From contig OX597819.1 in NCBI GenBank assembly GCA_951406725.2, forward strand, positions 86,862,001 to 86,926,000: 64,000 nucleotides of DNA, read 5' to 3'. Below, piece by piece: positions 43,215-56,535 of this stretch. A program made the position numbers and the translations under genes. Every line of letters starts with the position of its first letter. The stretch's first letter is position 1. This DNA comes from Octopus vulgaris. Lineage: Eukaryota. Below the pieces are notes generated by a model. The model worked only from the letters and a program-made list of their open reading frames with translations, ran no database searches and had not been told where the DNA came from.

Positions 43215-43920
43215 TCCAATGAACAACCCTGGCTATACTGTCATGACGTCTCTTATATTCCTTCTGCGCTAGTGGCATACATTCACTGGTAATATGCCAT
43301 ACGGTTTCCCCATTTTGTCCACAAATTCTGCACTTATCACTTCCAGATGTGTTGTCTATTCTGTACTTGATATAATTGGTTCTTAGAGCTTGCTCTTAGG
43401 CAGCACAGATTAGAGCTTCCGCTTCCGGTTTTAAATCACTTTTAGTCATCCATAACCATCTTTTTTCTCTGTCTGACTTATCTTCAACATCCCTATGAAG
43501 TTGTCCATGCATTCTTTTCTTTATCCACCTATTTTCAGTTTCATTTATTCTCAGTCCTTGTACAGGGCTTTATCTTTGCAATCTTCCATCCTACACGCGT
43601 CTAAACTTCTTATTTTCAATAATAGTGGTTCTGTAGCATTTTTACATACTATATTATGCAAGCACTAAGAACCAATATTTCAAGTGCAGAATAGACAACA
43701 CATAGAAAATGATAAGTGCATAACTTGTGAACAAAATAGTGAAACTGTATGGCATATTACCAGTGAATGAGCCCTGGGAAACGTGTGTAAAAATCTTGAG
43801 AAATATATGGAACAAATGGAGGCTGTGATAAGAGTGGAGCACTTGCAGAAAACAGCACTGCTTGGAATCGCTCGAATACTCTGGATGGTGCTCGAAAATT
43901 AAGGGGTGTTACCTTAGTTC
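43215..43920. mobile_element. Two oppositely oriented R4/Dong-like LINE fragments (zinc-finger/RHD region)
   Basis: Minus: QALRTNYIKYRIDNTSGSDKCRICGQNGETVWHITSECMPLAQKEYKRRHD; plus: ...DKCITCEQNSETVWHITSE, then KYMEQMEAVIRVEHLQKTALLGIARIL. Confidence 0.8.
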
Positions 43921-45422
43921 ACTGGTAGTGAACAGCAAGCACCGTAGTACCTGCTTTTCAGGTTTTAGCCTATCATCCTTTCAGAGCTGATAAAAAAAAG
44001 TTCAAGCTTAGTACACTGACTTCCATCTTGCTTTGGTTTCGATATTGCGATATCAGTATATCTGAATGTGAATCCATTTTGTTTGCAATCACAACCGCTG
44101 TCACATATATTATTTTATATTACATGATTCGTGTTCAAAAAATTAAAGAGCCACATAGGGCCAGGTTCCCGGTTTCCATGGCGTATATATTTCCCACATG
44201 GACGAGACGCTGGTCCGTCGCAGGATTACTCATTTTTATCAACTGACTGGACTGGAGCAACGTGAAATGGAGTGTTTCGCTTGAGAACACAACGCGTCAC
44301 CCGTTCTGTGAATCGAAACCACAATCTTACGATCATGTGTCCAACACCCTAACCAATAAGCCGCGCACCTCCACGATTCATATTTGCATTCATTAAATTT
44401 GCTAAGTTTACCCTTTTCTTGTTATTGCAATTTTATCATGAAGTTTAGCCATCGGTAAATATAATGTTCATGATTACCACATTTGAAACCTATTCTTAAA
44501 TCTTCCTCGCAAGCGTAGCTGTGTGGTTAAGAAGCTAGCTTCTTAACGATGTGGTTTGTGTCCAGTCCCGCTGCGCGGTGTATTGGAGCAGTGTCTTCTA
44601 CTATAGCTGCAGGTCAGCCAAAACTTTGTGAAAAGATTTCGTAGACAGAAACCAAAAGAAGCTCGTCGTATACATGCATACATACATGCATACACTCTTA
44701 TATAAGTACTATGGTCGACTTGCTCGACTGACCTCCTCAAGATGGTGCCCTAGCATGGCCGTTTGCAATAAGTGAAATAAGTAAAATATATAAGATAGCT
44801 CCTGCGTGTTAGGCCTTTTAACATGATTCACGTTATTACTGTTTTTATTTTGTAATTGCGCTCATTACCCAATTTTTCCGCTATGTGTTCTTTTCTGACA
44901 AATGTTCTATTTCGCAGGGTGGAATGGTATTTTTTACCATACCCCTGTTCAGAAGGAAATAAAATATTTCTTATACTTTTGTCTGACAATATATTTTAAA
45001 AAGCTAATGAAGTCTGCGTGTCCTCATTTAAAAACCAAGCCATCATAAACATGTACAGAAACTGAAATATTTTTCACGCATTGTGAACGATTCCTGAAAA
45101 GCCTTAAGTTCTAATTCTTTATTTAGAACTACCAGACAGCTAAAAGTTCATCCTATTAACCTGAGCAAGACACTTCATTTCCCGTTGCCCCAGACCACTC
45201 AGCTGACAAAAAGGAATAATCCTGCAATGGACCAGTATCTCGGTCAGTGAAGAGGGGGAATTTATACGTCACAGAATCCGGAAAATTGGCCTTATGACCC
45301 TATGGCTTAGGAACATCTTTTGATTCTTTTAGATAAAAAGAAGTCAAATAAGTATCTGTCAAGTAGTGGGTGCCAGTGTAACCGACTCTACCTCTCCCCA
45401 GGCCTTGTACCCAATGTAGAAG

Positions 45423-45489
<67 letters not shown>

Positions 45490-48119
45490 CATTATTATTA
45501 TTTGATTCGGTGCTTTACCGTTTATAATGCTAGCGAGGATGACAACAAGGACGACGGTGATGTTAATGTTGGTGATTATAAGGATGATATGTCAAATAAA
45601 TAAATTCCTGGGTGGTAAATTCCAGCGTGGTGTTGTTTTTCATATGAAACAATATTTCGAATGGAGTGTAATCTTCATGGGTGAGATCTTTCCTGAAATT
45701 TCAAATCTCAAGTCAATTCTAGCTGAAACTATTCTCTACCTCAACTCAAAATGAAACAGTAAACTATTGGCGAAATGATAACGAAATTGCATTCCTGTAA
45801 ACGAAAGAAAACTCATATAGTTGTACTATAACACATTAGACTACAGTACATTAGAAAAATGCATTTAGATTATCGTAATAATTGTTACTATTTTAATGTC
45901 GCTATCACTGTATCTTGAAGATATAACATGTACTCTTATCTGTCGACATGGCCCATGCTGCTATTTGACAGTAATACCAAAATAAGCGTGAAAAGTGCAT
46001 GTCCTTTTATGAGCAAACCATATGTTCTGTATGACTGTTAGCTGAAATACAGGGGTCCTTTTAAGGCTTTTTAAGAATACGGGAGAGTAGTTATGACATT
46101 GGAATTAAATTTAACATACACAGTTTTGTTTTCTTCTGCAAGACTTATATGGAAAAATACTTTAACCACACGTAATAATTCGTTACAGAAAGATATATTT
46201 TCAATGATCATTAGAAAAGCTAATATAATAAATTAACTTGTTTTATGTAAGCTGTTTTTCGCATATTTGTATTTACTAAAATCCTTGTGGATATTAATGA
46301 TCATTTTCATTAACTTGTTATAATACAAATCCGACAAAATTCTTTATATACATGCTTTCTGTGATTGTGTGTGTGTGCGCGTGAGTGCATGCGTGTGTTT
46401 GAGTGTCTGTGCTCTAAATGTGAATGAAGTGAGAATGGCTCGACTTATGATGGCAGCTAATTCAAGAAAAAAGTTTCACAAGAATGTTGTAAAAGAAACT
46501 ATAAATGTGAATAAAATTTAAGATTAAATTCATACCTTCTGCTCACCATTAAAAATTATCCATTTTAGTTGTTATAGTGAACAGTTACCTTCGGAGTGGA
46601 GTATATTCCTGTAGTGTGTGTGTGTGTGTGTGTGTATTTCTTTATTGCCCACAGGGGGCTAAACATAGAGGGGACAAACAAGGACAGACAAAGGGATTAA
46701 GTCGGTTACATCGACCCCAGTGCGTAACTGGTACTTTATTTATCGACCTCGAAAGGATGAAAGGCAAAGTCGACCTCGGCGGAATTTGAACTCACAACAT
46801 AACGACAGACGAAATACCACTAAGCATTTCGCCCGGCGCGCTAACGTTTCTGCCAGCTCGCCTGTGTGTGTGTGTGCGTGTGTGTGCGTGTGTGAGTGTG
46901 TGTGCGTGCGTGCGTGCGTGCTGTAAAAAAACTGGCAGTCCATCGGATGCGACGACGAGGGTTCCAGTTGATCCGATCAACGGAACAGCATGCTCATAAA
47001 ATTATCTTGCAAGTCGCTGAGCACTCCATAGACAGGTGTATTCTTGACGTAGCTTTCAGGAAGATTCAATACGACTCAGAATGTGACAAGGCTGGTCTTT
47101 TGAATTACAGGTACAACTCATTTTTGCCAGCTAGATGGATTGGAGCAACGTGAAATAGTGTCATGCTCAAGGACACAACGCGTCTTCGATACTACGCCGC
47201 AGAGTATCCGCGTATACTTCATTTTGTTTGTATATAAGTCCCAGAACAACTTTGCATTTCATTTCGAGGTGATCCGAGCACGAGTCACAATAAAGGCAAA
47301 ATATCGATAAGCACCATTCTCGATAATTTCAGTGTGAGGTGTCTTACCTGGTCTAGGACATTCTGTGTTCTTTAAAACTAGGCGTCGAGTAGGGGATTTT
47401 CCTGGACGCCATCGCGCAGCAAATGAAAGTGTAAACAAAACACACACACACAATGTCTGTGCGACTGATAACTTTTACATTTGTAAATTTGTATATTATA
47501 TTCATACATACACACATATACACACATATATGTATATATGCACACAGATGTATGAAAGACATCGAGGAAATCAATATATTAGGTAAGAATGCGATTCTTA
47601 TTACCGTGATTCTTATTCTTGGAAAGATTGTGGAAAAGAGAAATATATAATGGCTAAAACTAATATTGTCTTTTACGATATTTCATCATATTAATAACCT
47701 GTATGTGTGTAAGTTACTTGTTACAGAAAGCAATTTGCTATTTATTGACAGTGGACTTAAGCAGAAGTATAAATCAAGCAGATTATATCAAATTAAAGAA
47801 AATATGTGGAATAAATGCATTGAAATCTATCAAGTATATAACTGATTAAATGTTAAATTTTAAATATCTGATAAAAACAGAGTCACAAACAAAAACAATC
47901 TTTCTGCTACCTTCTGCGTGGAAAGAGATAAATATAAATGGATGTGTAAAAGTGAGTACATGAAATAGAAGTTAAAATGTAGATTGTTATAATGTAAAAT
48001 CTGAGAGGATTAGAATAAATAGAAATAAAAAATATATGACAAATGGAGATAAAACATTAACTTAATGATTTAATAAATATAACTGGAGGAATAGCGAAAT
48101 AAAAGGAATAACGAAATAA

Positions 48120-48952
48120 AAGAAGGCATTTGATAGGGTTCCAAGGAAGGTGATTGAGTGGGCATTGGGGAAAAGAGGTGTACTAGAGGTAACAGTGAGA
48201 GCAGTGATGAGTTTGTATGAGGGGGTAAAGACAAGAGTGAGAATTGGATCAGAGCTGTCGGAGGAGTTTGCGTTGAAAGTTGGTGTGCATCAGGGATCTG
48301 TGTTGTCACCATTGTTGTTTGCAATAGTGGTTGATGTGGTGACAGAGAGTGCAAGAGAGGGACTGCTAATGAAGATACTGTATGCAGATGACCTTGTTCT
48401 GATGAGTGAAACGACGGAGGGGTTGAGGGAGAAATTTTGGAAATGGAAGGAGGCGTTTGAAAGCAAGGGTTTGAAGGTAAACCTCGGGAAGACAAAGGTG
48501 ATAGTGAGTAGGTGTAAAAGGAGAAGTGTCAGTGAGTAAGGTGGATCCATGTGGTGTATGTAGGAGGAGGGTAATGGCAAATGTGGTGTTGCGTACGAGG
48601 TGTGAGAAATGAATTCATAGTAGATGTACGAAAATGAAGAGGGTGACACCAGGACTAGGCAAGAGAGTTTGCTTGTACAAGATGTGAGAAAGGACCTGGA
48701 GGAATGGCGAAGTCAATGGAAACAATATGTGACGAGGTGGAGACAGTGGAGGGTTTTATTATTTGGGAGACAGGATGGATATAAGTGGTGGATGTGAAGC
48801 AGCTGTGACAACAAGAGCGAGACTTGACTGGGTGAAGTTCAAGGAATGTGAAGAGTTATTATATGGGAAAAGGTTCTCATTGAAAACGAAAGGAAAGTTC
48901 TATAGGAGCTGTGTGAGATCTGCAATGCTGTATGGGAGTGAGACGTAGTGTT

Positions 48953-48991
<39 letters not shown>

Positions 48992-49417
48992 TGGCAATTT
49001 TGAGAAGGACTGAGAAAGCAATGGTGAGAGAAATGTGTGACGTGAGGCTGTTTGATAAGAGGAAGACTGAGTACTTGATGGGGATGCTGGAGTTGGCGGA
49101 ATCAGTGGAACGGCTGGCAAGGGCGAATGGAGTGCGGCAGTATGGGCATGTGTTGAGGAGGGACAGGAAGCATGTTCTGAAGAGGGTGCTAGAGTTTGAA
49201 GTGAATGGACAGTGAAAGCGAAGTAGACCGAGGAAGGTGTGGAGGGTACAGGTGGAGGAGGAGATTAGGAGGGTTGGCTTGAGAAGGAAGGACGACCAAA
49301 ACCGAGCAAGATGGCGAGATGGTGTGAGGGTGGTTGTTATGGCATTGAGGTAGATCCGGCCACCCCCGTTAACGGGGACAAAACCCGGATTCAAAATGAT
49401 GGATGATGATGATGATG
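48120..49417 (+). mobile_element. 5'-truncated RTE-clade LINE (RT + 3' end), defective
   Basis: KAFDRVPRKVIEWAL...VGVHQGSVLSPLLF...LYADDLVL...MLYGSET...YGHVLRR; (GAT)n tail; internal (TG)(GA) microsatellite. Confidence 0.9.
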
Positions 49418-50692
49418 AACTGGGGTGAAAAAAACACTGAATACTGGCTAAAACAGTTAAATAAATAGTCTGACATGTGTGATTGCAACATCAAAATTTG
49501 GGGTTAATTATTAACTATCATATAGATTTTCATACAGTCTTAGAAATATTATACTGTTATTAAGAGACGCTGATAAATTTTGTTTGAATGTGCTTACTTA
49601 AGTGAAAATATAATGAATTAAGAATATAGCATGAAGAAAATTTTAGTCGAGACGTGCTGATATAGTACACAAAAAATGTGGATGTGTAACTCATTACCTA
49701 TTCAGAAATATAATAGGTTTAAAATATTTTATTAATCTAAAATCTCATGTTTTTAAGCTTGGACTAATTCTGAATATCCATTAAGGAAATGGAGTTTGGA
49801 AAATAGAATTTCATATGATTCTGAGGTGATATGCTGATGGGGTACCTTAATGCTAGTTTAGGTGTTGCGCATAAGATAGGATTTTCCATTTTATAATAAT
49901 AGATGTTTTGGCTGAATTTAAAACCCAAATAAAGCATGATAGTGCGATATCAGCATTACGTTCTAATTGCTAAAATTATGAGATGGGAAATATGTTTTTG
50001 AATGAATTAGCGATTAAAGCTACAATAATACTGAGGTGGAGTTGCATAGTAAATTAAATATTTCCTTGTGTAGAATCTTCTATGCTGGTGTTGGACCAAT
50101 CTCAGTTGTATTTTGGGGTGGGATATTGTGATTTTAACACGTCATTGAGCAGTGTACTTAAAACAGGACAGCCAGCAAATTATATAGGACATAGCATTTA
50201 TTGATTGTGATTATTTAACTATTCTTGGTTTTAAATAATTTTTGTTGTGTGATTGGCTTCTTATTGCTTTAACAACATTTTCTTTAATCTTTTTTGATCC
50301 ACGTCTATTACAGGCACCTTCCAACGTCATATGATAGCTCTTCGGTTAGAATACATTTTTTTATTCACATAATTTTATTCACCAATACATACGTAAGCCA
50401 TTTCTTTAATAATATACCTCTTCCTTAATTGAATTGTACCCAGCCTTTTCCGTGATTAACATAGCAAACCGAAAGAATTATCCTCCCATTCATTCCTATT
50501 TAATCTCTTAATCTGTATACATTGCATGTGTTTCAGCAAACTATACAATACCATATTTTATATAGTCTATTCCCAATAGATGTAATAGTTCTCCAACTGC
50601 CAAATTCATTATTTAATTAAATTATTTAAAAGTTTTATTTCAAATATTATTTTGAGATATATATATATATAGAGAGAGCTTCATCAGTACGT

Positions 50693-51088
50693 GTGGAGGC
50701 GCAATGGCCCAGTGGTTAGGGCAGCGGACTCGTGGTCATAGGATCGCGGTTTCGATTCCCAGACCGGGCGTTGTGAGTGTTTATTGAGCGAAAACACCTA
50801 AAAGCTCCACGAGGCTTCGGCAGGGGATGGTGGTGATCCCTGCTGTACTCTTTCACCACAACTTTCTCTCACTCTTACTTCCTGTTTCTGTTGTACCTGT
50901 ATTTCAAAGGGCCGGCCTTGTCACTCTCTGTGTCACGCTGAATATCCCCGAGAACTACGTTAAGGGTACACGTGTCTGTGGAGTGCTCAGCCACTTACAC
51001 GTTAATTTCACGAGCAGGCTGTTCCGTTGATTCGGATCAACCGGAGCCCTCGTCGTCGTAACCGACGGAGTGCTTCCAATTCCAATTC
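50693..51088 (+). mobile_element. Full-length tRNA-derived SINE family A with 11-bp TSD
   Basis: A box TGGCCCAGTGG, B box GGTTTCGATTCC; (TTCCAA)n tail; CATCAGTACGT at both 50682-50692 and 51089-51099. Confidence 0.92.
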
Positions 51089-52392
51089 CATCAGTACGTT
51101 GTATGTGTATTGCAAACCCATGCGATGCACACGTTGTATATGTGTAAGCTGTAAATATCACGCCATTGATATTGTAGAAACAATATGATAGCTCATACTT
51201 CTACTTTTTGAGTTCAAATAATGCATGCATCTACTTCGCTCTTCTCTTAGTGACCTCTGAAACATTTAGTAATATACTAAAATAAATTCAACTATGTTAC
51301 CTTAAAACAAATGGCATAATTTGCGGTGGAAATAAATTTTATAATTATAAATAACTAATGTGCTATATATCATGTTAGAAACATCTTTGGAAAAATATAT
51401 ATTCATAGTTAGGTGTGCTTGCTTGCCAGTTAGTCTGACAACATTGGCTTGAATTCTTGTAATTCTATAGATAAATTTTGCATGCATTCAACGTAAAAAA
51501 TTCATTAAAAAATTGTGTATTGAGAAGTCTTATATTCTTGTGATATTCAAGAGATGGTAGAGAAAACATTGTTTATTGTATCCAAGTGCAAATGAATTGT
51601 TTTATACCAGCTGCCAGCCAAAATGAAAAAATAAACACACCATAAAATGAATGGAGAATTCGCATGTTGTTCAATATTTCTATCATATATTTATGAGTGT
51701 GTTTATATGTGTATGTGAGTATGTGGACGCATGTGAGTGTCCGATCACATACTGAAATAGTTTGCCATTCATATAGTCATATAGATATTTGTTTCCAAGC
51801 TTGAGCATTAATGATTTACGTTGTGTATTTAACTATCCATTTCTTTTCGATATTGTCGATATTCATTTCAGCAGAAATTTTATTTTTATTCTAATCTTTC
51901 TTCAATTTTTATACAACGCATTCTCCTCTCTATTCTCTTCTATGGAGCAGAAATGTGGCTCATCTTTCTTTTCCGTCAGTCCGTCGTACAGACCATACGT
52001 ATTCTAATCTGTCTCTTCTTCTATCTTTTCTCTTGTCAAAAGCAATATTTATCCAGCGTTCTAACGGCCCTCTGTGTTTATTTTCGCTTGGTTTGTTGTA
52101 TGTCTCCACTGTCCTGTTTTTGTTTCCAACTTTGACTCTCTGCAAATGCTAAACTTCATTTTGCTTCGCGGGAGCGACTGCCTTTCGAAGTATCATATTG
52201 TCGCTCAATGCTCGAAATGAGTACATAGACAGCTGACAACTGATGAAGGGTCATTCTTTATGTTACTTGTCTTGCTTTCCATTGTTTCTCTCGTTTGCTT
52301 ACCCAAATTTGTTTTCGTATTCCATGCTGTTTACGTTTTGTGACGTCCTGTACCCATATATGAATATATACATACATATATGTATGTATATA

Positions 52393-52442
<50 letters not shown>

Positions 52443-52519
52443 TATATACATACATATATGTATGTATATATTCATATATATATATATATAGTGGCTAACG
52501 ATATATCATATATATATAT

Positions 52520-52556
<37 letters not shown>

Positions 52557-52890
52557 CATTATTATCATTATTATTATTATTATTAAATAAGGAGAGAGAG
52601 AGATAAATCGTCATTTGCAGGGTAGAGAGAATGAGGACGATGAAACGATGGCCTACATACCTATTTTTCATGTTTTCCGGCAGATTCAAACTTGAATATG
52701 TTAATCGCTGTTACTTTTGGAATTGGAGAACAATTTCTCCTTTCAAACGTATGTGTATTATGAATACATGACTTTCATTAGACTGAATCGAGTACGTTAT
52801 GGACACACACTTGAATGAAAGAAGTAGCTTTTCCTCAATGAGAAAATATACGAATCTACCGGAATGTATTAAGAATATCATCGAGTTATG

Positions 52891-52942
<52 letters not shown>

Positions 52943-53039
52943 TGTGTGTGTGAGTGTTTGAGTGAGTGTGTGTGTGTGTGTGTGTGTGTGTATACATATA
53001 TATATATATATATATATCAATGAGAAGATGAATCTCAGC

Positions 53040-53340
53040 AATCTTTTTGTGTACACAGTTGGGGCAGACCATACTTTTCTCTTGCAAGGTTCAAATTTCA
53101 TTTGCGTACCCATGAAAAGCGAACCTCCACCAACTACTCTGCCTATATCTCTGTGCACATCTTTCAATACCATGTATGCCATAAGGTCTGCAAATCTAAT
53201 GGACGCCCCAAAAGACATTTTAAAATCCACAAAGATCAGAACTTAACTGCAGCTCTTGGTTGTCCAGATCAGATATGCCATCTATGTGGGTTTAAAATCT
53301 GTTTGGTTTAAAAAGCCACATCAGACCCCATGATGGATCT
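53040..53340 (+). pseudogene. Decayed array of three C2H2 zinc fingers (probably a LINE C-terminus)
   Basis: ...RFKFHLRTH; FQYHVCHKVCKSNGRPKRHFKIH; ICHLCGFK...GLKSHIRPH, with frameshifts. Confidence 0.55.
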
Positions 53341-54590
53341 GAGATGTAAGAACAAAAGGTGATCAGACTCTGCATAAGGAAGAGAAAACTACCATATAGT
53401 GCAAAAGACAGTGATTGTTATATCTTTGCTTGTTTCAGGGAGCTTTGTACAGGCGGTGCAAGAACTTTCAAGGTGAAATCGAAGGCAGGTTACGTATATT
53501 CTGTGTTAAAAGTATACTACCTATGCACACAAACACACATTCACTCACATAAAAAGAAAGAAATGAGCTTATGCTAAAGAAAAGCTTGAAGCGGAGGAAT
53601 TTTTATAATTTCTTGCCTGTAAAACTATCTATCTGCCTATCTATCCCATTCTTTTAATAAATTTATAAAAAACAAGCATATTTATTGGTATGAATCTCAT
53701 CAGGGTAATATTTGCAAAAAGGAAAATAAAAATTACATGTAAGGATTGCTAAATCTATTCTATGATTTACATATACATACATACATATATATATATATAC
53801 ACGATATATATATATTCTTTTACTTGTTTCAGTCATTTGACTGCAGCCATGCTTACACACACACACGTGTCTCTGTGTGTTTTTGCCAAGTGTTGCTGTG
53901 GACGATACAAACATAAACCCATTTTTACTACACACCTGATGTATATGGAAAGAAATAGGCCATTTCACGGTTTGTTGACGTTGTTCGCTCCTCAGTAAAG
54001 ACGTACTCAGCTTTTTCCCCCTAAGCAATTGTGCAGATCTGCTGCTTTATTAATACATTTGAAGGAACAAACAATAAAGAAGTCAATCAGGAGATTCTCT
54101 TCCACTTTTTACCGTAGCATAGATTTACGTTTTTATCTTGCCCACAGAGAAGTTTTATAATATTTAAATTTATTTCAACATTTTCCTGTTTATGATGTGC
54201 TGTGCATAAATACATATTTAATTAATGACGAGTAGTCAAAAACATAAATAAGCAAATCGGGCTTTACATATCAACGAATCTATGCTAGTGATCAAAGAGA
54301 GAAGCCATGTATACTATTGAAGCGATCAAGAAACCGTGAAGTGGCCCGTCATGTGACTCCTCCCGTTCTTTCTGTTGATCAATAGCATTCTTTGTCTACC
54401 AAAAGTGATGCTTTGCAATACTTAAATTTATTTAAATTCTGATTCATGCAATGTTGTGCATGAAATATATGTATGTATAGATTAAATATCTCTCTCTTTC
54501 TCTCATCCCTCGCTCCCCATACCAACTTACGTATTTATCTTTATTTTTCCTTCATATATATATAAAGGGAGAAAAGTTAACCAAGCATAG

Positions 54591-54627
54591 GTGTGTTTGA
54601 AGAGGTTAATCGAAAGTGCTCACACAC
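54591..54627 (+). ncRNA. Minimal type I HHR with C3U substitution
   Basis: gugugu-UUGAAGA-gguuaauc-GAAA-gugc-UC-acacac; 6-bp stem I. Confidence 0.55.
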
Positions 54628-54749
54628 ACTAGGAAAGACACCTCTTCCAAAAAGATTCCAAAAACTTATTTAGAAAAATTATTATTTTAAAATATCCACT
54701 TTATACTAAAAAACTGTATTAAGTAATTTTCACAAAGACATTCAGATAT

Positions 54750-55113
54750 ATAGTAACGTCTATATGCCAACAGAATATGGTAGTCTTATAAAGGTTGATG
54801 TTACTGTTGTTTTAGCCACAGGAAAACATCTTTTCTAGCTAGCTATCGACACACAGTTTGTGTCCGTATAGCATTTGCACGGGAGGTCATCGCTCCCATC
54901 TCTAGACTTACGTTATACTCACAGATCTAGGTTTCTGAATGTTATCAGTCCTCAGTGACTAGAGATGGGAGGATGACCTCCCTTCCAAATGCTATACGGA
55001 CAAAAATTGTCCGGCGATAGCCAGCTGGAAAATATGTTTTCCTGGAGCTAAAACAACAGCAATATCGTCCTTTATAGGACTTTCATATTCTGTTGACATA
55101 TAAACATTACTAT
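54750..55113. repeat. Fold-back element: ~155-bp imperfect inverted arms with an HHR core in the spacer (54918-54957, minus strand)
   Basis: Arms 54750-54905/54959-55113; spacer reads ca-CUGAGGA-cugauaacauuca-GAAA-ccuaga-UC-ugugag; arms homologous to the tail of the 4964 HHR element. Confidence 0.85.
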
Positions 55114-55167
55114 TCGGTACTGTTACTGAATTTCTCTCGCTTAGAAATTTAAAACAAGTTTTTTTCC

Positions 55168-55201
<34 letters not shown>

Positions 55202-55264
55202 TGAATTGAAGAAATGGAGCTGAACGCAGATTGAACAGAAATCGTTTTATTTCATTCTACACGT

Positions 55265-55300
<36 letters not shown>

Positions 55301-55370
55301 TTTATTTAAAGCAGCAGAAAATTCAACAAAACCTGTTACTCTGAGTTTCCCGTTGCCGTTGCACACACAT

Positions 55371-55728
55371 AGGAAAAATTGAAAAAGGAGACAAACGCTC
55401 AGGATGTTATTAAAACATTTATATCTTCATATCTTCTACATATATTTCGATGGATGCATTCCAAATACGCCCGACAGGAAGAATTATAGTCATTTTCGCA
55501 TCAATCTCATCAGAAAAGACATAAACAACAACACCTATCAGATATCTGTAAAAATGTCTATTAGATGGGTGTTGTTTGTCTTTCCTGATGAGACTGATGC
55601 GTAGCTGACCATAATTCTTCCTGTCGGGCGTATTTGGAATGCATCCATCGAAGCATATGTAGAAGATATGAAGATATAAATGTTTTCATAACATCCTGAG
55701 CGTCTGTCATCTTTTTCAATTTTTCTTA
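55371..55728. repeat. Head-to-head inverted pair of HHR-bearing units (~165-bp arms)
   Basis: Minus HHR 55433-55517 (CUGAUGA...GAAA-uauaug-UA-gaag); plus HHR 55581-55665 (CUGAUGA...GAAG-cauaug-UA-gaag). Confidence 0.85.
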
Positions 55729-56487
55729 TCTTCTCCTAAATACGACTTACTAATCCCGGAATCAAACCACACACAATTCTGATCATTGTTTCCTTAGACA
55801 CTTAAGCAACATTTATCTACCTTGTAATTATTCACCTGGATCTTTCCTATATATATATATATATTCCTTATTTCTTTTATTTTTGTTTCAGTGATTTGAC
55901 CGTGGTCATGCTGGAGTACCGTCTTTAGTCGAACAAATCGACTCCAAGACTTATTCTTTGTAAACCTAGTACTTATTCTATCGTTCCCTTTTTCCGAACC
56001 CCTAAGTTACGTGGACGTAAACACATCAGCATCGGTCGTCAAGCGATGGCTGGGCAACAACACAGACACACAAATACACACACACACATACACACACACA
56101 CATAGATATACATCTACATTCAAAAACTGAACTCTTTGGTTCATGTCCATATGTCACAAAATACCTGTTATGGTTTAGGGCCCCCAAGATCACGGCTAGA
56201 ATCCAAAATTCTACTATTTTCCTGCACAAAATTTCCCATGTTTTAACTACCATTAATTTTAAATTTTCTGTATACATTTTTTTCATTTTTTTTCCTTTTT
56301 CCTTTTTAATTGTGCGGGTGTGTATGTATGTGTGTATATGTATATTACCTGAATGTGTGTGTGTGTGTGTGTGTGCGTGTGTGTGTGTGGTGTATGTGTG
56401 TATGTGCGTGCGTGTGTGTATGTATGTATGTATGCATGCGGGTGTACGAATGTATGTCTGTGTATACACACACACACACGCACACAC

Positions 56488-56535
<48 letters not shown>

